This document shows, piece by piece, positions 7,700-15,615 of a DNA stretch of 15,615 nucleotides. Below the pieces are notes generated by a model that saw nothing but the letters and a program-made list of their open reading frames with translations, ran no database searches and was not told the DNA's origin. Within the stretch, counting starts at the first letter, position 1. Each line of letters opens with the position of its first letter. The position numbers and the translations under genes were made by a program. Source of the stretch: Oligoflexales bacterium (GTDB lineage Bacteria > Bdellovibrionota_B > Oligoflexia > Oligoflexales > Bog-1112); contig JBGCDR010000023.1 of NCBI GenBank assembly GCA_045105515.1, forward strand, positions 1-15,615. The letters are read 5' to 3'.

Positions 7700-7797
7700 A
7701 AACCCACCGAAACTCTCAGGAAGAGGCTACTTATTCCACTCCCTTCGAGGAGTTACTCGCACCTCCTCTTGAATTAGGAGGCCTCATGAAGGTGGGT
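7700..7797 (-). promoter_or_regulatory. Structured 5' leader of the carbonic anhydrase gene (copy B), candidate attenuator or riboswitch-like RNA
   Basis: On the minus strand: closing helix ACCCACC/GGTGGGT, inner helix GAGGC/GCCTC, hairpins CTCCT-aattcaag-AGGAG and ACTCCT-cgaa-GGGAGT. It is a GC-rich island in AT-rich intergenic DNA and ends just before the SD. A paralogous copy lies at 2512-2605. Confidence 0.65.
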
Positions 7798-7829
7798 GAT
7801 ATTTTGTTATATATTGAAAATGCATTCAT
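7731..7829 (-). CDS. Candidate leader peptide (uORF, 32 aa): MNAFSIYNKISPTFMRPPNSRGGASNSSKGVE
   Basis: Open frame from ATG 7829 to TAA 7731 with GAAGGT just upstream. It runs through the structured leader and stops 54 nt before the carbonic anhydrase ATG. It is below the ORF-track size cut-off. Confidence 0.5.
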   Translation of the reverse strand: MNAFSIYNKISPTFMRPPNSRGGASNSSKGVE

Positions 7830-7860
7830 GAAAATACCTTCATGAATGCATTTTCAATAT
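7811..7860. repeat. Perfect 22-bp inverted repeat with a 6-nt loop
   Basis: ATATTGAAAATGCATTCATGAA (7811-7832) - AATACC - TTCATGAATGCATTTTCAATAT (7839-7860). Confidence 0.95.
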
Positions 7861-7879
7861 TCCAAAAACATCAATAAAT

Positions 7880-8392
7880 TTAGCTAGCTGAATTTTTATT
7901 GCTAAGAGTTTTTTCGATAATACTAATAATCCTTTCAGGATCAACTGGCTTTATTAAGTAATCAACAACTCCCAATTCTTTTGCCTTGATAATAAGTTTT
8001 GGATCAGCATAGCCTGTAGTCACTACAAAAGGTAGATCAACCATCATGTCAATCTTGCGAATAAACTTTAATAACTGAAGTCCGTTCATCTCGGGCATGT
8101 TCAAATCAATAAAAGCAACAGAAATATCTGGGTTTTTAGTCATAATGCTGATCGCTTCTTTCCCATTTTCTGCTTCTATAACACGATAATCCTTATCTTC
8201 TATAACTTCTTTGAGCAATTCTCTAAACGCTTCATTATCGTCAATTAGGATTATTTTTTTTCCAAGTTCTGTAACAGTTTTTTTCTCAGGTTTCACTTTT
8301 TCAACTAGTCCAATATCTTGGAGTACAGAAATCGAACTTTCATGATTAACTTTTTCACGCTCACTTTTATATTGAATTTTTTTCTTTAGCAT
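7880..8392 (-). CDS. Stand-alone response regulator receiver protein with a charged N-terminal extension (170 aa)
   Basis: IILIDD, FIDLNMPEMNG (phospho-Asp), VVTTG, DYLIKP. Start moved to ATG 8392, which has AAGGA upstream. Confidence 0.9.
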   Translation of the reverse strand: MLKKKIQYKSEREKVNHESSISVLQDIGLVEKVKPEKKTVTELGKKIILIDDNEAFRELLKEVIEDKDYRVIEAENGKEAISIMTKNPDISVAFIDLNMPEMNGLQLLKFIRKIDMMVDLPFVVTTGYADPKLIIKAKELGVVDYLIKPVDPERIISIIEKTLSNKNSAS

Positions 8393-8577
8393 TGGGTCCT
8401 TACCTATACGACTTAAGATCAATAATTTAGAACAAACATTGCTTTAAGATGCTATAATTTTAACATTTAAATGCAATTAAGTTCTTTGGACATTTTTGTG
8501 GTTTTTACAAAATACAATACATAATTGAGACTAATTATTAGTTTAAAGCGACACTATTTGAAATATCTCGGGGCATC

Positions 8578-8964
8578 ATGGCAAAAATACTAGTAATCGA
8601 CGATTCACAGATGATAAGAGCAATCATTCAAAGAATACTCCAAAAAGAAAATCACGAGGTTATTGAAGCATGCGATGGAGTAGAGGCGTCCAAGTTACTC
8701 AAAGAAGATCATGCGATCAAAATGGTATTTGTAGATATACATATGCCTAATATGGATGGAGTAGCTTTTATAAGAGAAATTGTAGTCAATCAAAAAAATC
8801 TTTATCCAGAGATCTCCATTGCCGTGGTGACTACAGAAAACCGCCAAGATCTAAAACAATTGGCACTACTTTCTGGTGTGATTGGTTGGTTGGAGAAGCC
8901 TGTTGCCCGGGAAAATATTATTGAGCTTACTAACAAAGGTCTTGCTGCAATAGAAAGTAATTAG
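8578..8964 (+). CDS. CheY-like single-domain response regulator
   Basis: KILVIDDS, FVDIHMPNMDG, VVTTE, GWLEKP. 128 aa. Its stop codon overlaps the stop of the convergent gene. Confidence 0.92.
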   Translation: MAKILVIDDSQMIRAIIQRILQKENHEVIEACDGVEASKLLKEDHAIKMVFVDIHMPNMDGVAFIREIVVNQKNLYPEISIAVVTTENRQDLKQLALLSGVIGWLEKPVARENIIELTNKGLAAIESN

Positions 8965-9569
8965 TGAAGCCAATGTCCTTGCTCAACGGCAACCATGTCA
9001 CTGTAGGTATCAGAAACCCCGACACTACCTAGGGTCCGGGTCCAGATTTCACTGTAATTAGCATTGAAGAGGATATCATAGTCTAACGGAGCTTGGAGCC
9101 AGGTACCGCTATCTAACTCAGCTTCAAGTTGACCCGGTATCCATCCTGCATAACCCACTAATAGCCGAAAGGGATATATAACCGGCTTCTTTACTGAAGC
9201 CTCAGCATGATCAACTTGAACAAAACGAGCGTTATCTACAAGTTTTTTTAAAGATTCTTGGGATGATGATAAGGAAATCCCAGGAGCAATTTCACGTTCG
9301 AAAAACTCGCTCTTTTGGTTGTGAAGCACATATCCGGCGCTGCTATCTACCGGCCCAGCATTCCAAACAGGAATTTCAGGTGGAATTTCAACTTGATTTA
9401 AAGAAACCACTTCATCAAGGCTCATCTTGCTTTTATGATTTATCACAAAACCAAAAGCTCCTTTTTCATCCTGCTCTAGCAAAAGAATTACTGATTGTTT
9501 AAAGTGAGGGTCGGCCATGGAAGGCGAAGCCGCGAGAAATGTAGGCAAAGAAGTGCTTTCAAGCTTCAA
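8961..9569 (-). CDS. yqgE: YqgE/AlgH family protein (DUF179/UPF0301)
   Basis: FLAASPSMADPHFKQSVILL, GAFGFVIN, GPV, GYAGWIPGQLEAEL..GTW, C-terminal GH. TTG start with SD AGGGAG. Confidence 0.92.
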   Translation of the reverse strand: MKLESTSLPTFLAASPSMADPHFKQSVILLLEQDEKGAFGFVINHKSKMSLDEVVSLNQVEIPPEIPVWNAGPVDSSAGYVLHNQKSEFFEREIAPGISLSSSQESLKKLVDNARFVQVDHAEASVKKPVIYPFRLLVGYAGWIPGQLEAELDSGTWLQAPLDYDILFNANYSEIWTRTLGSVGVSDTYSDMVAVEQGHWLH

Positions 9570-9788
9570 TGATATCTCCCTAAGGTGGATTGGATTTCTT
9601 ATAAAATCCTACTAAGCTTTAAGAAAATGTTAAAGTGAAATTAGCCTTAAGGAGCGCTTCTGAAGGATCTTTCGGCTATAAATAATTGATTTTAATAAAT
9701 ATAGTATAATTATATGTATTTATTTTAACCATTAGGTTACTATCGAAGCGCAAAAAAGTTGTTTTTAATTCAATGAGGGCGTTTAACA

Positions 9789-10565
9789 ATGCGATTTCAG
9801 TTAGTTATCTCTCTTTTAGTATCCCTTTCGACTCTTGGCGCATCAGCTATTGCCAAAGAAATTAAAGAAGCCAAGCAAGAAATTATGTATGTACAATGCG
9901 AGTACGTAGATCTACTCAATGGCGAAGAGGATTATCAGTGGGCCGTGGACCAGAACGAAGCTTATGTTGCGGTTATAGGTACGAAAAATGCTCACAACCA
10001 ATTTGTAACTCGTCAGAATGAGCAGCTAGTAAAAGACTTCTGCACTTACACAAAAAGAGCTCAGTACGGTGATGATAAGAGCGTCTTTTACGAAGGAACA
10101 GGAATGCTCGCTAGTCCCTCTAGTTTTGGCAAATCGATACCTTTAGTTTTTGAATCTGAAACTGCTTACCCAGCAAATGTTGACCCCGATTGGGCAAAAA
10201 ACCTTAAACCGGGTAAAGTAAAGCCTAAGTACTACAACCAATTGCTTGCAGCCAAGGCCGTAGGAGTTACAGTTGCTCTAGCTGGCTTGTACTTTGGCTA
10301 TGCTCAATATGGAGACAAAATATTTGCAACATTAAGTAAAGTTGCAGGAACAGCTATCGCTTCATTTGCGGTGGTGGACTTTGTCACTGATGAAGCTGCA
10401 GGCTGGGATAAAGCTGGAAAGGCTATAGAGAAAGCTGAAAAAGCAAGCGAGAAGTATAGACCTAAGAAGCCTGATGAATATAAAAAGCTTAAAAAACAGT
10501 GGTTAGAAAGCCAACTACCAGCATCTTCACTAACAAAAATTGAAGAAGATTCGGATCCGAAATAG
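9789..10565 (+). CDS. Hypothetical secreted protein with C-terminal hydrophobic helices
   Basis: Signal peptide MRFQLVISLLVSLSTLGASAIA. Two Cys in the N-terminal domain. Gly/Ala-rich hydrophobic segments AVGVTVALAGLYFGY and VAGTAIASFAVV, then a Lys-rich tail. Confidence 0.8.
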   Translation: MRFQLVISLLVSLSTLGASAIAKEIKEAKQEIMYVQCEYVDLLNGEEDYQWAVDQNEAYVAVIGTKNAHNQFVTRQNEQLVKDFCTYTKRAQYGDDKSVFYEGTGMLASPSSFGKSIPLVFESETAYPANVDPDWAKNLKPGKVKPKYYNQLLAAKAVGVTVALAGLYFGYAQYGDKIFATLSKVAGTAIASFAVVDFVTDEAAGWDKAGKAIEKAEKASEKYRPKKPDEYKKLKKQWLESQLPASSLTKIEEDSDPK

Positions 10566-10567
10566 AA

Positions 10568-10613
10568 GCGACCAACTAAGGCCGAGCTAACAAGCTTGTT
10601 AATTGTTAGTCGC
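10568..10613. terminator. Hairpin between convergent genes
   Basis: Outer GCGAC/GTCGC pairing and an internal perfect palindrome TAACAAGCTTGTTA (10588-10601). Confidence 0.4.
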
Positions 10614-10615
10614 CC

Positions 10616-12583
10616 CTACCAAGTATGATTTTTGATCCTAGCAACAACTGACTCTGGCGTGAATCCATACTCCACAGCAAGTACTGGTGCAGGAGCACTA
10701 GCGCCAAAATGATCGATCCCAACACAAAGACCTTTTCTTCCAACAAATCGCTCCCATCCAAGAGTGGTGCCTGCCTCAATAGAAACGCGCTTATCACAAG
10801 CATCAGTCATAATCTCTGCTTGGTAATTTTCATCCTGCTGCCAAAATAGCTCCCAACAAGGGACAGAAACCACCTTAATCCGATCATAGATTCCTTGCTC
10901 TCTTAGTCCTTTAGCAGCTTCCAATCCAAGGCTTAACTCACTACCTGTAGCAAAAATAACAAGCTGACAGTCCTTCGCGTCCTGAACTACCCAAGCACCG
11001 CGCTCGGCCTGCTTTATGATATTAAAATCATGCTCTAGGTATGGAAGCCCCTGCCTTGTTAAACAAATGCTGCTGGGCAGATTTAAACTCATTGCTTTGG
11101 CAAGTAAGACCTCTGTTTCCTGTGGATCTGCGGGGCGCATCACATAATGATCGGGAATATTTCGGAGAGTCATGATATGTTCGACGGGCTGATGGGTAGG
11201 ACCATCCTCTCCGAGGTAAATGGAATCGTGAGTAAATTCATGAATAACTCGGCTCTTTTGCAATGATCCAAGACGCAAAGCTGGACGAGAGTAATCAGCG
11301 AAAGACAAGAAAGTTGCATCGAATGGAATCAAACCGCCATAGAGTGCTAAACCATTGCAAAGAGCAGACATGGGAAACTCTCTAACTCCAAAATGGAGAT
11401 TTCTTCCTTCAGGATTTTCCTTGTTGAAGTCACCAACCAATTTAGCAAAAGCTCCGGTCATATTTGAAGGTTCCAAGTCAGCGCTACCACCAACAAGAGC
11501 TGGTACCTCATTGGCCCAAGCTTCAATCAATTTGCCAAAAGCCACACGTGTTGCAATGGTCTTACTTTTGTCCCAATTAAATCGAGAAAGTTTTTGTGGA
11601 TCAAACTCCTCAAAATACTGCTTAAATTTATTTGCAAATGCATCCTTAGCTTGGCATTCTTCAAGCTCCTTCTTCCAGTTTTTAACCCGTGATTCTAGCT
11701 GCAAAAATCTTCTTTGAAAATGTTGCTTAGCCTCGCTTGGCCAGTAAAAATCTTCTCCATCGGGAATACCGAAATCTTGTTTCGTTTGTAACCGTTCATC
11801 TTTTGGAAGCGGTGCGCCATGAGTCCCGTGCTGCCCCTCCATAGATGCAGCGCCTTTAGCCATGGTTGTATCCCCAATAATCAGCGTAGGGCAGTGGGTT
11901 TCTTTGAGTGCGTTTTCAATCGCACTGCGAATTGCTGTGTGATCGTGGCCATCAATATTGATCACGTTCCAACCAAGACCCCTATAAACCATTTCAGTGT
12001 CATCAGAGTATGCTTTGTCAATACTCCCTGAGATTTGACAGCGGTTTTTATCATAAAACCAGATGAGATTATTAAGACCCATATGCCCTGCAAGAGAAGC
12101 GCTACCATAGGTGATGCCCTCTTGCATACACCCATCTCCTAATAACACCCAAGTTTTATTTGTAAATAATTCAGACTTTAAACTTGCACTTAAATGAGCA
12201 GACCCAACTGCGAATCCCACAGACATGGCACAGCCCTGTCCTAATGGTCCGGTCGTACACTCCACACCCGGAGTTAGGTGATTCTCAGGATGGCCAGGAG
12301 TTTTACTACCAAGCTGTCTAAAAGACTTAAGTTGATCTTCCTCCAACCACCCAAGACCATAAAGCATTGCATAAAGCAACATGGACTCATGACCAGCACT
12401 TAAAATAAACCGATCCCTACCTTGCCATTTTGGGTCCTGCGGGTCAAACTGCAGGTATTCCGAAAATAGAATATAGGCGAAGTCCATACTTGACATAGCA
12501 CCGCCCGGGTGCCCAGAACGAGCCTTATCAACCCCGTCAATAACTAGGGCTTTTAGGTAATTGATAACCTGTAGATCTTCCAA
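10616..12583 (-). CDS. tkt: Transketolase
   Basis: SGHPG, DRFILSAGH, TPGHPE, TTGPLGQG, TPP motif GDGCMQEG..N, FGVREF, THDSIYLGEDGPTHQP, FGASAP. Start placed at TTG 12583, which has SD GAGGGG 6 nt upstream; the track's start at 12673 adds 30 non-homologous residues. Confidence 0.97.
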   Translation of the reverse strand: MEDLQVINYLKALVIDGVDKARSGHPGGAMSSMDFAYILFSEYLQFDPQDPKWQGRDRFILSAGHESMLLYAMLYGLGWLEEDQLKSFRQLGSKTPGHPENHLTPGVECTTGPLGQGCAMSVGFAVGSAHLSASLKSELFTNKTWVLLGDGCMQEGITYGSASLAGHMGLNNLIWFYDKNRCQISGSIDKAYSDDTEMVYRGLGWNVINIDGHDHTAIRSAIENALKETHCPTLIIGDTTMAKGAASMEGQHGTHGAPLPKDERLQTKQDFGIPDGEDFYWPSEAKQHFQRRFLQLESRVKNWKKELEECQAKDAFANKFKQYFEEFDPQKLSRFNWDKSKTIATRVAFGKLIEAWANEVPALVGGSADLEPSNMTGAFAKLVGDFNKENPEGRNLHFGVREFPMSALCNGLALYGGLIPFDATFLSFADYSRPALRLGSLQKSRVIHEFTHDSIYLGEDGPTHQPVEHIMTLRNIPDHYVMRPADPQETEVLLAKAMSLNLPSSICLTRQGLPYLEHDFNIIKQAERGAWVVQDAKDCQLVIFATGSELSLGLEAAKGLREQGIYDRIKVVSVPCWELFWQQDENYQAEIMTDACDKRVSIEAGTTLGWERFVGRKGLCVGIDHFGASAPAPVLAVEYGFTPESVVARIKNHTW

Positions 12584-12789
12584 GTTTAACCCCTCGATTA
12601 AAAACAAAAATAAAAAGCTTTTATTAAGCAATAACCAGGCGTTGAGCTTATATAAAGAAAGTATGAAAGCCAATGATGTTTTAAAATACCTTGCAAATCG
12701 TGCACAATAAGTGGAAAAGAGTTACGTCCATCTCTAATGGCGATGAAAATCCATGTTATTCAGCAAGACGCAAATAAGGTTTAAACACA

Positions 12790-14664
12790 ATGATTCGCAG
12801 TGATATCAGAAATTTATGTATTATCGCACATGTTGACCATGGCAAAACGACCCTCGTAGACGGATTGTTAGGTCAAAGCGGCTTATTTGAAGCCCATGAG
12901 CGACCCATGGATCGGGTGATGGACTCAAACGACTTGGAAAGAGAACGTGGCATTACGATTCTGGCGAAAAACACTTCCCTCAATTACCAAGGGACCCGAC
13001 TAAATATCGTCGACACCCCTGGCCATGCCGACTTTGGTGGGGAGGTAGAACGCATTCTAGGAACTGTAGATGGAGCAGTGTTACTAGTAGATGCCGTTGA
13101 AGGACCTCTTCCTCAAACACGCTTTGTGCTCGAGAAATCCCTAGCCAAGGGCCATAAAATCATCCTTTGTATTAATAAGGTAGATAGACAAGAAGTCTTA
13201 GAAGATCATTCCCGAATCCACGATGTGGTGGACAGTACCTTCGACTTGTTTGTTGAGTTAGGAGCTAGCGAAGAGCAGTGCGAGTTTCCAATTATATATG
13301 CTTGTGCTCGTGATGGTTGGTGCACCGATAATTTAAATGAAGTTCCGTCTTTTATTTCTGGAGAGAAAAAAGGCAACCTTAAACCTTTATTCGACCAAAT
13401 AATAAAGCATCTATCTGCTCCAGACGTAGACCAAGATGGCGAATTCTGCATGCAGCTTTCAAACCTCTCGTGGTCTGAGTATGTGGGCCAGCTCGCAATC
13501 GGACGCGTAGTATCAGGGAAAGTAAATAAACAGCAGCAGGTATATAGACTCGGCTATTCTAAAGAAACCGACGAACAAACTGTAACTCGCTTTACCGCTT
13601 CAAAACTGTACAAGTACGATGGCCTTAAACAGGTGGAAGTAGATGAATTAAGAGCCGGAGACATAGGCATCCTAGCAGGATGTAGCGATGTATTTATTGG
13701 TGACACAATTGCAGGCTCCGAATCAGTAAGCCCATTCCCCCGGATTGCTGTGGATGCCCCAACTCTTAAAATGACTTTTACCATTAATACAGGGCCATTT
13801 TCCGGTAAAGATGGGGAGGCTATCCAATCACGAAAACTCAAAGACCGCCTCTTGCGAGAATGTAGGGCAAATGTGGCCTTAGGCTTTGAAGAAGGCGAAA
13901 GTGCCGAGCAGTTTTACCTACTTGGTAGAGGTGAACTTCAGTTCGCCATTTTGATTGAAACAATGCGCCGTGAAGGCTTAGAGTTTATGGTTGGACGTCC
14001 TGTCGTTATGTTTAAGAAGGATGACAACGGCCAAAATACTGAACCCGTAGAAACAGCAGTATGTGATTTACCAGACGACTTTAGCGGCGATGTAACCAAT
14101 ATGTTCCAAAACCGCAAAGGCATTCTTGCAGGCTTTGACCAAATTGGAAATGGACGGGTACGTTTAAGCTTTGATATTCCAACCCGCGGCCTTATTGGTA
14201 TCCGCAGCCGATACCTTACTCTCACCCGTGGTGAAGGCTTATTCAGCTCTAAACTAAAAGGCTTTGAACCTTACAAAGGCGACATGCTGGTAAGAAAAAA
14301 TGGTACCTTAGTTGCTGACCGTACCGGCAAAACCACCGACTACGCTTTAGCAGCTCTTGAAGAACGTGGCACTCTCTTTATTAAGCCCGGGACCGAAGTA
14401 TATGAAGGGATGATCATTGGTGAATGTGCTCGGGAAAATGATATGAATGTTAATCCCGTCAAACCGAAAAAACTGACTAATATTCGCACCACCTCTTCCG
14501 ATGGTCTTATCATTCTTCAAGGGACTCGTGATATGTCTTTAGAACAGTGCATTGAATGGATTGATGATGATGAGTGGATTGAATGCACTCCCATTTTTGT
14601 CAGGTTACGTAAAAAAGAGTTGGCAGGTAATAAACGTTCCGTAATACGCTCAATTAAAAAGTAA
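12790..14664 (+). CDS. typA: Translational GTPase TypA/BipA
   Basis: [66 protein letters not shown]. Confidence 0.98.
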   Translation: MIRSDIRNLCIIAHVDHGKTTLVDGLLGQSGLFEAHERPMDRVMDSNDLERERGITILAKNTSLNYQGTRLNIVDTPGHADFGGEVERILGTVDGAVLLVDAVEGPLPQTRFVLEKSLAKGHKIILCINKVDRQEVLEDHSRIHDVVDSTFDLFVELGASEEQCEFPIIYACARDGWCTDNLNEVPSFISGEKKGNLKPLFDQIIKHLSAPDVDQDGEFCMQLSNLSWSEYVGQLAIGRVVSGKVNKQQQVYRLGYSKETDEQTVTRFTASKLYKYDGLKQVEVDELRAGDIGILAGCSDVFIGDTIAGSESVSPFPRIAVDAPTLKMTFTINTGPFSGKDGEAIQSRKLKDRLLRECRANVALGFEEGESAEQFYLLGRGELQFAILIETMRREGLEFMVGRPVVMFKKDDNGQNTEPVETAVCDLPDDFSGDVTNMFQNRKGILAGFDQIGNGRVRLSFDIPTRGLIGIRSRYLTLTRGEGLFSSKLKGFEPYKGDMLVRKNGTLVADRTGKTTDYALAALEERGTLFIKPGTEVYEGMIIGECARENDMNVNPVKPKKLTNIRTTSSDGLIILQGTRDMSLEQCIEWIDDDEWIECTPIFVRLRKKELAGNKRSVIRSIKK

Positions 14665-14721
14665 TCGTTCTGATTTTGAAACTGCTTGACAGTTCATGCG
14701 AATTTATGAGTCTTTAGACCT

Positions 14722-15456
14722 ATGAGCATGAACTATCAAGTAAAAAAAGATGGACTAAAACGTTGGCTTGACTACATTCCAGCAAGACCAAAGAATCCTC
14801 GCACCATAATCCTACTTCCAGGTCTAAATAATCTTCACTCTATGGATAGCTATGGCGATTATCTTGCAGGGCAAGGTTTTAGAGTCCGTAGTATTAAGTA
14901 TGAAGGTCAAAGGGAACGTTCTAAACATTTTTTTACTAAGAGAAAAATAAGCACTGCTTCCATCGATGAGTGGATACAAAATATTGACGAAGGATTAAGC
15001 TCCCTCCAAGTCGAAAATAAGGCTTTAGCCGCTCTAACTTACTCTATTGGTGCTTCCCTACTTGCTCTTTACCTTTTGCAGCAGCGTAGCACAACTATCA
15101 CATCAATATTCGCATTTGCTCCTGCCTTATCTTTAACTAGAAGGTCGAATTTTTTCCTGGGCCTTTACCGCATGATGTCATTCATAGTAGGAGGAAGCAC
15201 CGGTATATTTCCCACGCTAGTAGGCGAAGAATACCGAGCAGAAGACTATATGTCTTATAACTCTTATAGCAAGCCAAAGCAGGTAATAGATCAAATCAGC
15301 ATATTTATTGATAAGCAGCACCCACCAGACTCGCCAATTCCTTGGACAGTTGTCACTGACCCCACGGATTTTTTTGTAAACAGTCTTCTGTTAAAAACGC
15401 AGCTCCGCAAATATAATTTCCCCAACCTTGAATTCAATAAGAAAATGCAAAAATAA
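14722..15456 (+). CDS. Alpha/beta hydrolase fold protein (esterase/lysophospholipase-like), apparently missing the catalytic His region
   Basis: Oxyanion-loop-like LLPGLNN, nucleophile elbow TYSIG (15037-15051), FAPA, acid residue in DPTDFFV. The protein stops about 28 aa later with no His. Confidence 0.7.
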   Translation: MSMNYQVKKDGLKRWLDYIPARPKNPRTIILLPGLNNLHSMDSYGDYLAGQGFRVRSIKYEGQRERSKHFFTKRKISTASIDEWIQNIDEGLSSLQVENKALAALTYSIGASLLALYLLQQRSTTITSIFAFAPALSLTRRSNFFLGLYRMMSFIVGGSTGIFPTLVGEEYRAEDYMSYNSYSKPKQVIDQISIFIDKQHPPDSPIPWTVVTDPTDFFVNSLLLKTQLRKYNFPNLEFNKKMQK

Positions 15457-15615
15457 TCTTGCCGTCCAGAATTCAAAACAAATTTGTGCTTGAAAAAAAT
15501 ATTTTCATCAAAATTCCCCTTCCTAAGATGTGTTTAAGAGCTAATAAGAGAAAAATCTTAAGTTTTACACACAGCGTGGCCATATATCATTAATGGTCCT
15601 CTACTCAGTAAAACA

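Noticed and set aside
7703..7727. Glycine-riboswitch-like string CACCGAAACTCTCAGG on the + strand
   Set aside because: The rest of the aptamer (GGAGA..CCGAAG arrangement, tandem copy) is absent, no + strand gene lies downstream, and the string is not conserved in copy A.
7700..7797. Lysine, SAM-I, TPP or hammerhead identity for the leader (fragments GAGGTGCGA, TCAAGAG, CTGAGA, GAAAC)
   Set aside because: Only isolated short words match; their order, spacing and the remaining core nucleotides do not fit any of these classes.
7700..7860. Retron msr-msd (structured RNA plus long hairpin)
   Set aside because: No reverse transcriptase in the window and no a1/a2 inverted repeats enclosing both parts.
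12584..12673. Hydrophobic N-terminal extension of transketolase
   Set aside because: An artefact of longest-ORF calling; a good SD precedes TTG 12583, where homology begins.
12739..12772. Fluoride-riboswitch-like GGCGATG upstream of typA
   Set aside because: The pairing partner and downstream conserved elements are missing, and the gene context does not fit.
11355..14225. Antisense or alternative-frame ORFs inside tkt and typA (and similar ones in other genes)
   Set aside because: Shadow ORFs of well-supported genes, with no motifs or SD support.

Overview
AT-rich bacterial chromosomal window. The gene content suggests an Oligoflexia/Bdellovibrionota-like organism, but that is inference only. 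The right half holds ordinary genes: a YqgE/AlgH-family protein, transketolase, typA/bipA, two stand-alone receiver proteins, a secreted hypothetical and an apparently C-terminally truncated alpha/beta hydrolase. The left half is accessory. It has a signal-peptide/TM/coiled-coil protein, an ATAD3-like AAA+ protein with dead Walker motifs, an XRE-like regulator, an orphan family-5 solute-binding protein paired with a hybrid histidine kinase, and a COG4337-type (metal-independent, iota-like) carbonic anhydrase. The most notable feature is absent from the ORF track. The carbonic anhydrase is preceded by a ~100-nt structured leader (7700-7797) overlapped by a 32-codon upstream ORF (7829-7731, minus strand; MNAFSIYNKISPTFMRPPNSRGGASNSSKGVE), whose start codon lies in a perfect 22-bp hairpin. 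A diverged second copy of the element sits 5.2 kb away (2512-2605) and keeps two hairpins and the 'GAS' codons. It is a candidate leader-peptide/attenuator or riboswitch-like system controlling a carbonic anhydrase, possibly responding to CO2, bicarbonate or pH.
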